Shown piece by piece: positions 53,026 through 60,197 of a DNA stretch of 64,000 bases (within the stretch, counting starts at the first letter, position 1; the number at the start of each line of letters is the position of its first letter). Below the pieces are notes generated by a model. It saw only the letters and a program-made list of their open reading frames with translations, ran no database searches and was not told the origin of the DNA. A program made the translations under genes and the position numbers. This DNA comes from an uncultured SAR324 cluster bacterium (lineage in GTDB: Bacteria; SAR324; NAC60-12), in the NCBI GenBank assembly GCA_905182865.1, contig CAJJCY010000003.1, forward strand, positions 586,054-650,053, given 5' to 3'.

Positions 53026-54099
53026 ATGGAAGAGCAATTTGGTGTAATGGTTTGTGGACACGGAAGCCGTGACGAAGAGGCCGTAAATGAATTTCAGTCG
53101 GTTGCGCGTGGAATAAAGGAGCGTCTTCCGCAATATGAAACAGATTGGGGATTTTTAGAATTTGCGACGCCGGTGATTCGTAACGGACTCGACGCATTGC
53201 GTGAGAAGGGCATTCGGAAAGTACTCGCCGTTCCCGGAATGCTGTTCGCGGCAGGTCATGCAAAAAACGATATTCCTTCCGTACTCAATGCTTATCAGGC
53301 GCAAAATCCTGGGATGTCTATTTCTTATGGACGTGAACTCGGAATTGATCTAAAACTAATTCGGGCAGCAGGTGATCGGGTCGAAGAAGCTCTGCAAAAA
53401 GTAGGGGACCGGATTCCGCGTGAAAAGACCTTGCTGATGGTTATCGGACGTGGTGCTTCTGATCCGGATGCAAATTCAAATGTTGCTAAAGTAACCAGAA
53501 TGCTTTGGGAAGGCCTTGGACTCGGATGGGCGGAAACGGCTTATTCTGGAGTGACTTTCCCGTTGGTAGAGCCTGGGCTTGAGCATGCGGCAAGACTCGG
53601 ATACAAGAGAATAATTGTGTTTCCGTATTTTTTATTCACCGGTGTGCTAATCAAAAGGATTTATCACTATACAGATATAGTTGCAGCCAAACATCCGGAA
53701 ATTGAATTCGTCAAAGCCTCTTATCTAAACGATCACCCTTTAGTTTTGGATGCCTTTGCGGAACGTGTGGAAGAAATTAGAAATGGTGTAAACAACATGA
53801 ACTGTCAGTTGTGTAAATACCGCGAGCAGTTTTTAGGATTTGAAAATGAAGTTGGCCTGCGTCAAGAAAGTCACCACCACCACGTTGAAGGTATTGGAAC
53901 TGGGTTGGCTGGGCCCACAGAAAATCCAGATGTCTCCGCGGATGCTGCTGAACATGAACATTCCCACGAACACGAACACGAACATAACCACGATAATAAT
54001 CACGGGCACGAACACGAACACCATCCCTACCCACACGCCGATCATCCTTTGGGACCGAATACTTTGGAAGAAAATTCTGGAAAATCTGGTGCCGAATGA
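53026..54099 (+). CDS. cbiX: Sirohydrochlorin cobaltochelatase, long form (CbiX-L) with Cys motif and His-rich C-terminal tail
   Basis: GVMVCGHGSRD, LAVPGMLFAAGHAKNDIP and IVFPYFLFTGVL show a duplicated CbiX fold. These are followed by MNCQLCKYREQ and HEHSHEHEHEHNHDNNHGHEHEHHPYPHADH. I prefer ATG 53026 over the track's TTG 53014. Confidence 0.8.
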   Translation: MEEQFGVMVCGHGSRDEEAVNEFQSVARGIKERLPQYETDWGFLEFATPVIRNGLDALREKGIRKVLAVPGMLFAAGHAKNDIPSVLNAYQAQNPGMSISYGRELGIDLKLIRAAGDRVEEALQKVGDRIPREKTLLMVIGRGASDPDANSNVAKVTRMLWEGLGLGWAETAYSGVTFPLVEPGLEHAARLGYKRIIVFPYFLFTGVLIKRIYHYTDIVAAKHPEIEFVKASYLNDHPLVLDAFAERVEEIRNGVNNMNCQLCKYREQFLGFENEVGLRQESHHHHVEGIGTGLAGPTENPDVSADAAEHEHSHEHEHEHNHDNNHGHEHEHHPYPHADHPLGPNTLEENSGKSGAE

Positions 54100-54731
54100 C
54101 AGGCGATTATCTTAGAGATCCGAAAGAAATTTATCGTCAATCTTTTTCAACCATCCGCAGGGAAGCTGATTTATCAAATTTTACGGAAGACATTGCTAAC
54201 ATAGCAGTGCGCTTGATCCATGCTTGTGGGATGACGGATATAGTCAATGATATTATTTATTCTCCGGATGCGGCCAGTTCCGCTCGTGAAGCCTTAAAGC
54301 AGGGAGCTCCTGTTTTGTGCGATGCAAGAATGGTGGCTGAAGGAATTATCAGCTCCCGCCTGCCTGCAAACAACGAAGTACTATGTTGGAATAAGCATCC
54401 GGAGTGTGCTCCGCTCGCCAATAAAATGGGAACTACACTTTCAGCGGCAGCAGTCGAATTTTGGCGTCCACAACTCGCTGGAGCAATAGTAGTGGTCGGT
54501 AATGCACCCACGACATTATTTCGGTTACTGGAAGTACTCGCGGAAGGAGTGGAACCACCAGCCGTTATTTTTGGTTTCCCAGTTGGCTTTGTCGGTGCAG
54601 CTGAATCTAAAGAATTGCTCGTAAATCAATGCAGGGAAAGTATCCCTTTTATGACACTTTCCGGAAGACGTGGTGGCAGTGCAATAGCTGCAGCTGCTGT
54701 TAATGCTGTGGCAAAACATACTGAAATTTGA
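54096..54731 (+). CDS. cbiC: Cobalt-precorrin-8 methylmutase
   Basis: 211-aa ORF with VRLIHACGM, VLCDARMV and VVVGNAPTTLFRLLE. Confidence 0.85.
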   Translation: MTGDYLRDPKEIYRQSFSTIRREADLSNFTEDIANIAVRLIHACGMTDIVNDIIYSPDAASSAREALKQGAPVLCDARMVAEGIISSRLPANNEVLCWNKHPECAPLANKMGTTLSAAAVEFWRPQLAGAIVVVGNAPTTLFRLLEVLAEGVEPPAVIFGFPVGFVGAAESKELLVNQCRESIPFMTLSGRRGGSAIAAAAVNAVAKHTEI

Positions 54732-54805
54732 GGGGGCTCAGTTTAGTCCAAATGTTTTGAGCCGTTTTTATCCGTGGCAAAAAATAATCAATATTCAAAG
54801 ATAAA

Positions 54806-56065
54806 ATGCCTGATATAACTAAAAAATGGCTTCGAATAATTGGGATTGGTGAGGACGGTTGGGATGATTTAGCAGCCGACTCCAAAGAGTTGCTTTATGA
54901 AGCAGAAATCGTGTTTGGCGGTGAGCGGCACCTGAAAATGATTCCTGAAGACTGGGAAGGGGAACGCATCGTTTGGCCTTCACCGATTCGGGATGCAGTT
55001 ACAAAAATCGTGAGTTGGCGTCCTGCTGAATCCGGGAGTGGAAAAATAGTTGCGGTAATGGCGAGTGGAGATCCGTTGTGTTACGGAATCGCGGCTAAGT
55101 TGCTGCGGCATTTGCCGATTGAGGAAATCTGGATCAAACCCGCCTTGACCACATTTTCGCTTATCTGTTCCCGGGTAGGCTGGTCACTTCCGGATGTTGA
55201 GACGCTGACGATTCACGGTCGTCCGGTGGAAATGCTGCATCCGTTTGTGCAGCCCGGCGCAAAATTACTTGTGCTGAACAAAGATGAGGGGAGTCCAAAA
55301 CAAACAGCAAAACTACTTACTGCAAGAGGTTTTGGCAAAAGCCGGATCACGGTTCTGGAACATCTGGGTGGCAGTAAAGAAAGGCAATTTTCCGGAAAAG
55401 CTGATTCCTGGACTCATCCGGAAGGTGCCACGCTTAATGCTATGGCGCTTGAGTGTATTCCAGAAAGTAACGCAACCATTCTCAGTAGAATTCCGGGACT
55501 TCCAGACGAAGCATTTTTTCACGACGGACAACTGACAAAGCGTGAAATTAGGGCTGTTTCACTATCACGTTTGATGCCGGTAGTCGACCAAGTTTTGTGG
55601 GACGTTGGCGCAGGCTGTGGTTCGGTAGCAATTGAATGGATGCGTACAAGCCCTCGCTGTCGGGCAGTGGCTATTGAAAAATCGAAGTCTCGTTTGAAAC
55701 TGATTAAACAAAATTCTCAAGAGTTGGGGGTGCCAATGCTGCAGATAATTTCCGGAAGTGCACCGGAAGTTTTGGGGGATTTACCGGCGCCGGACGCGGT
55801 TTTCATTGGAGGAGGTCTTTCTTCTGGGAATTTGCTGGAAACCTGCTGGAATGCTCTCAAACCTGGTGGCCGCTTAGTCGCCAATGCGGTTACGCTTGAA
55901 GGCGAACAAAAATTGTTACAGTGGCAAAATGAAAATACCGGAAAGTCCGGTGCTAGTGGTGATTTAACACGACTTAGTATTTCTCGTGCTGAAAAAATTG
56001 GGAAATTCCAGGGCTGGAAAGAGATGCGTTCAGTGGTTCAACTTACTATTATTAAAGGTTATTAA
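54806..56065 (+). CDS. cbiET: Fused CbiE/CbiT (cobalt-precorrin-6/7 C5,C15-methyltransferase, decarboxylating; CobL-like)
   Basis: 419-aa ORF. The N-terminal tetrapyrrole-methylase domain has LRIIGIGEDG and ASGDPLCYG. The C-terminal SAM-MTase domain has LWDVGAGCGSVAIEW. Confidence 0.85.
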   Translation: MPDITKKWLRIIGIGEDGWDDLAADSKELLYEAEIVFGGERHLKMIPEDWEGERIVWPSPIRDAVTKIVSWRPAESGSGKIVAVMASGDPLCYGIAAKLLRHLPIEEIWIKPALTTFSLICSRVGWSLPDVETLTIHGRPVEMLHPFVQPGAKLLVLNKDEGSPKQTAKLLTARGFGKSRITVLEHLGGSKERQFSGKADSWTHPEGATLNAMALECIPESNATILSRIPGLPDEAFFHDGQLTKREIRAVSLSRLMPVVDQVLWDVGAGCGSVAIEWMRTSPRCRAVAIEKSKSRLKLIKQNSQELGVPMLQIISGSAPEVLGDLPAPDAVFIGGGLSSGNLLETCWNALKPGGRLVANAVTLEGEQKLLQWQNENTGKSGASGDLTRLSISRAEKIGKFQGWKEMRSVVQLTIIKGY

Positions 56066-56069
56066 TTTA

Positions 56070-56445
56070 AATCCGTCACAGAGTCACAGAGGACACAGAT
56101 TGGGATTAAATAAAATATCAGAACAAATATTTCGGTTCAGCGATAGAAGTTAATAAAATACTTGGTCCCGGACTGCTGGAATCTGCATATGTAGAATGTT
56201 AGTGTAGAGAGTTGGAGACAAGGAATGTCTCATTTGAAAGACAATTACCACTACCTCTGGAATGCAAGGGGAAGCCACTGGATTGTGGGTATAGGCTAAA
56301 CCTTTTGGTTTTAAATACGATTGTAGTTGAGCTTAAAGCTGTCTCATTAATCGAGCCTATCCATGAAGCGCAATTACTCATTTATATGAAATTAGGAGGA
56401 TGGAAGTTGGGATTGCGGATCAATTTCAATGACCCTCTTTTGTAA
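56070..56445 (+). pseudogene. GxxExxY-family (PD-(D/E)XK-like) protein relic inserted between cbiET and cbiL
   Basis: No start codon. Frame A reads NPSQSHRGHRLGLNKISEQIF…. After a +1 shift the next frame reads …YFGSAIEVNKILGPGLLESAYVEC*CRELETRNVSFERQLPLPLECKGKPLDCGYRLNLLVLNTIVVELKAVSLIEPIHEAQLLIYMKLGGWKLGLRINFNDPLL*. There is an in-frame TAG at 56200-56202. Confidence 0.7.
56076..56099 (+). repeat. 8-bp tandem repeat, about 3 copies (TCACAGAG TCACAGAG GACACAGA)
   Basis: Read directly from the sequence. It forms the HRGHR-type leader of the GxxExxY relic. Confidence 0.8.
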
Positions 56446-56482
56446 AATGTAATTATAAGAAGAATTCTTTAAATACTTTATT

Positions 56483-57205
56483 GTGAAAAATAAATCAGGA
56501 ACCCTTTACGGAATCGGTGTGGGGCCAGGAGACCCGGAACTGCTAACCCTCAAAGCTTACCGCCTGATCAACGAATGCGATGTTTTGGCTTATCCGGCTC
56601 CAGAAGTTGGTGAAGGGCTGGCTTTGCAAATTGTAAGTCCGTTGTTGACCAATGATCCAGATTTGTTTCCACTTCGGTTGCCGATTGCAGTCTCTCCTTT
56701 TCCGGCACAACAAGCTTACGATCAAGCAGCAAAAATATTGGAAATTCCGCTGGAATCAGGAAAATCAGTAGCCGTGATTTGCGAAGGCGACCCATTTTTT
56801 TATGGTTCGTTTATGTATTTGTTTGAGAGGCTTGCAAAAAGATTCAAGACTGAAATTGTTCCCGGCGTTTCTTCACCGATGGCTTGTGCGGCTGTATTAA
56901 AAACACCACTTGTTTCACGCAACGAAATTTTAACAATATTGCCTGGTCCTCTTGAAGAAAAAGAACTTGAGCAGCGTTTGTTAGACACCGACTCAGCAGC
57001 AATTATGAAAGTTGGAAGACACCTGCCTAAAATTCGGAGAGTCCTTCGACACTTGAGACTCGAGCATTGTGCGCAATATGTGGAACATGCTACCATGCAT
57101 AATCAGAAAATCATTCCAATTGAAAATCTAGAAGCACAAAAAGTCCCCTATTTCTCAATGATTCTCGTTCACAAAAATACGGGTTACTCAAGCAATGGTG
57201 TTTAA
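56483..57205 (+). CDS. cbiL: Cobalt-precorrin-2 C20-methyltransferase
   Basis: 240-aa ORF with a GTG start. Blocks: GTLYGIGVGPGDPELLTLKA and CEGDPFFYGSF. Confidence 0.85.
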   Translation: MKNKSGTLYGIGVGPGDPELLTLKAYRLINECDVLAYPAPEVGEGLALQIVSPLLTNDPDLFPLRLPIAVSPFPAQQAYDQAAKILEIPLESGKSVAVICEGDPFFYGSFMYLFERLAKRFKTEIVPGVSSPMACAAVLKTPLVSRNEILTILPGPLEEKELEQRLLDTDSAAIMKVGRHLPKIRRVLRHLRLEHCAQYVEHATMHNQKIIPIENLEAQKVPYFSMILVHKNTGYSSNGV

Positions 57206-59161
57206 TGAGTCAGCAAATTGCAGTATTTTTATTGGGAATCAGTGCTTTTCCGGTTGCAAAAAAAATAGCTGAAGAGCTTGGTGCAGAACTCCATGGAAAG
57301 GCAGATCGTATTTCACAGGTAAGTCCTGAACCAGAAGCTGATGTTTTTTTTACTGATGCTATGGAGCATCTGTCGACTTTGTTTAGCGAAGGTGTAGCAA
57401 TTGTCGGTGTTTGTGCTTCAGCAGTTTTGATTCGCGGAGTGGCAGGATGTTTACAAAACAAACTTAACGAGCCCCCTTTGATAGCAGTGGCAGAGGACGG
57501 AAGTGCTGTTGTACCTTTGCTGGGAGGACATCACGGAGCAAATGATTTAGCACATCAAATAGCGAGATATTTTGGGAATATCTCCGGCCGTCACTACTGC
57601 CGGAGATTTACGTTTTGGAATAGCACTGGACGAACCTCCGGAAGGTTTTGTGTTGAGCAATCCGGAAGACGTGAAGCATTTCACTGCCGAGCTGTTGTCA
57701 GGGGAATACGTTTCGTTGACTTCAGGATTCAAACCGGAAACACCTGATTACATGCAGTGTTTTTACAAATGGTTGCAGGAAAGCCGCCTGCCTTTTTCAG
57801 AAAAGGGACCACTCCAGATTTCGCTGAACACCGAGCCAATTTCCGGAAATGCCGAACATTTGGTTTTTTATCCGGCAACTGAACTGTGTGCAAAAAATAT
57901 TGTTGTTGGTGTGGGTTGTGAGCGCAGGACAGAGCCCGAAGAGCTAATTTCACTTGTCCGGAAAACATTGTTGGAAAATGAGATTGCCTCGGAAAGAGTT
58001 GCCCTGGTGGTTTCGCTTGATCTCAAATCAGATGAACCGGCGGTTCATGCTTTAGCTGAATATTTGTCCGAAATATCGGGAGAAGAATGTCCAGCGAGAT
58101 TTTTTGACGCGGTGACTCTGGAAGCACAAACTCCACATCTACAAAATCCTTCAGAAATTGTTTTTAAGGAAGTCGGTTGTCACGGAGTTGCGGAAGGAGC
58201 GGCTCTGGCAGCAGTTGCGGCTTCCGGAAGTCCCTCTTTTACCGGGAAATTGCTGGTGACAAAAAAAAAGTCTGCCAGAGCAACTTGTGCCGTTGCAGAA
58301 TTAGAGGATTTATCTGATACGCAAAAAATAGGACGTGCAAGGGGCACATTATTTATTGTTGGTACAGGCCCTGGAACTCCTGAATGGCGGCTTCCGGAAG
58401 CTGAAAAAATGCTCCGGAAAGCCACCGACTGGGTGGGTTACGGACTTTATCTGGACTTGATTTCAGATTTGCATAACGGTCAGGAATTGCACTATTTTGA
58501 TTTAGGTCAGGAGGAAGTGCGGGTGCGGCATGCCCTGAATTTGGCTGCTCAAGGAAAAACTGTCGCCCTAGTTTCATCTGGGGATCCTGGCATTTATGCG
58601 ATGGCGACGCTGGTTTTTGAGCTGCTTGAAACTGGAAGATCCAGAAATACTGTAAATTCAAATGAGATTGGAACGTCCGTTTCTGGAGAAAATTCTACTG
58701 CGCAATGGCAACGGATTCACGTTGAGGCAACTCCGGGAATTTCTGCTTTGCAGGCAGCAAGCGCTCGGATTGGTGCTCCGCTCGGACATGATTTCTGCAC
58801 AATTTCGCTCTCAGATTTACTTACGCCGTGGGAAACGATTGTACGCCGAATTCGCGCAGCTGCAGAAGGAGATTTTGTGATTGCCTTTTATAATCCGGTT
58901 TCGCAGCGGCGTACAACTCAACTGTCTCAGGCAAAGGAAATTTTACTGAAACACCGACCTGCGGAAACGCCTGTTGTTTTGGCAAGGAATCTTGGACGCA
59001 AAGAGGAACAGTTGAAAGTAGTTTCGCTGGAGAAACTGGATCCTACACAAGTTGATATGCTGACGGTTGTTCTGGTTGGATCAAGTCAAACCCGTTGGCT
59101 GCATCTGCCAAACGGTGAGGTTAGGGTTTATACACCACGGGGTTATGATCAGAAAAAATAA
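57205..59161 (+). CDS. cbiGH: CbiG-CbiH fusion (cobalt-precorrin-5A hydrolase plus cobalt-precorrin-3 C17-methyltransferase), frame interrupted by one extra base near 57577
   Basis: ORF 57205-57747 reads …PLLGGHHGANDLAHQIARYFG, then out-of-frame sequence. ORF 57572-59161 reads GISPAVTTAGDLRFGIALDEPPEG… and later LFIVGTGPGTPEWR…SSGDPGIYAM (CbiH/CobJ). Deleting one A of GGGAATA (57574-57580) gives …IARYFGISPAVTTAGD…. Confidence 0.8.
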
Positions 59162-59200
59162 GTTTCAGGATGAAAAAGTTAAAATAAAAAAATTCACTGC

Positions 59201-59236
59201 ACTAAGAACACTAAGAACACTAAGAACACCAAGGAT
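59201..59236 (+). repeat. 9-bp tandem repeat ACTAAGAAC x3 plus a degenerate fourth unit (ACCAAGGAT)
   Basis: Read directly from the 136-nt cbiGH-cbiF spacer. It creates the artefactual track ORF 59067-59270 (…LRTLRTLRT…). Confidence 0.8.
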
Positions 59237-59297
59237 TATCCTTTGCGGTCTTCTTGTACTTAGCGGCTAAAATCACAAATCAAGAATCATAAATCTA

Positions 59298-60071
59298 ATG
59301 ACAGTGCACTTTATAGGAGCAGGGCCGGGGGCGCCTGATTTGATCACAATTCGTGGACGCAACTTAATCGCAAAATGCGAGGTTTGCCTTTACGCTGGTT
59401 CTTTGGTCCCACAGGAAGTGGTGGCTTTTGCACCGCAGGGAGCGTTGGTGCGTGACACGGCGCCACTGAATTTGGAAGAAATAATCGTGGAAATTAAAAC
59501 TGCGGATGACGCGGGTAAAAATGTAGCGCGTGTGCATTCCGGAGATCCTTCAATTTACGGTGCGACTGCCGAACAAATGCGGCGGCTGGATGAGCTTAAA
59601 ATTCCTTATGACGTTACTCCCGGAGTTTCGGCATACGCGGCGGCAGCGGCGGAATTAAAACAGGAATTGACTTTGCCTGAAATCAGCCAGACGGTCATTG
59701 CCACTCGCACCACCATGCACGCTTCCGCCATGCCGGAAGGTGAGGAACTCTCAAAACTGGGAGCGATTGGAGCAACTTTGGCCATTCATTTATCTGTGCG
59801 AAACCTCAAATTTGTGCAGGATGAACTGATTCCGCATTATGGTGAGGATTGTCCAGTCGTGGTGGCTTATCGGGTGACTTGGCCGGATCAACAGTTCATT
59901 CACGGAACACTGGCTGACATACGTGAAAAAATGCGAAAATCAAAAATCAGCCGCACTGCTCTAATTTTGGTCGGTAGAGTTTTTGATGAACATAATTTCC
60001 GTGACAGTGCTCTCTATGATCCGCAGCATGTTCATGTCTTAAGACCAAAGAAGAAATCAATAAAAAAATAA
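59298..60071 (+). CDS. cbiF: Cobalt-precorrin-4 C11-methyltransferase
   Basis: 257-aa ORF with VHFIGAGPGAPDLITIRG, HSGDPSIYGA and VTPGVSAYAAAAA. Confidence 0.9.
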   Translation: MTVHFIGAGPGAPDLITIRGRNLIAKCEVCLYAGSLVPQEVVAFAPQGALVRDTAPLNLEEIIVEIKTADDAGKNVARVHSGDPSIYGATAEQMRRLDELKIPYDVTPGVSAYAAAAAELKQELTLPEISQTVIATRTTMHASAMPEGEELSKLGAIGATLAIHLSVRNLKFVQDELIPHYGEDCPVVVAYRVTWPDQQFIHGTLADIREKMRKSKISRTALILVGRVFDEHNFRDSALYDPQHVHVLRPKKKSIKK

Positions 60072-60197
60072 ACGTAAATTCTGGAATTTACATTGAGTTG
60101 TTTTGGCTTTTCCATTCGATCAACTCAAATTTTTGTGCATAATTTCCAGCGACAAACCCGTTGTCATCCCAACCTCAAACCTTGAAGCATCAGATCC

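Noticed and set aside
53777-54115. Repetitive CAC/GAA DNA and three overlapping ORFs (53777-54034 minus, 53833-54045 minus, 53840-54115 plus). I checked them as a possible CRISPR-like or repeat array.
   Set aside because: The periodicity is 6 nt with no spacers. It is fully explained as the His-rich coding tail of cbiX. The other ORFs are frame shadows.
59067-59270. 67-aa ORF ending …KFTALRTLRTLRTPRIILCGLLVLSG.
   Set aside because: It overlaps the cbiGH 3' end, and its distinctive part is just the translated 9-bp tandem repeat. It has no RBS.
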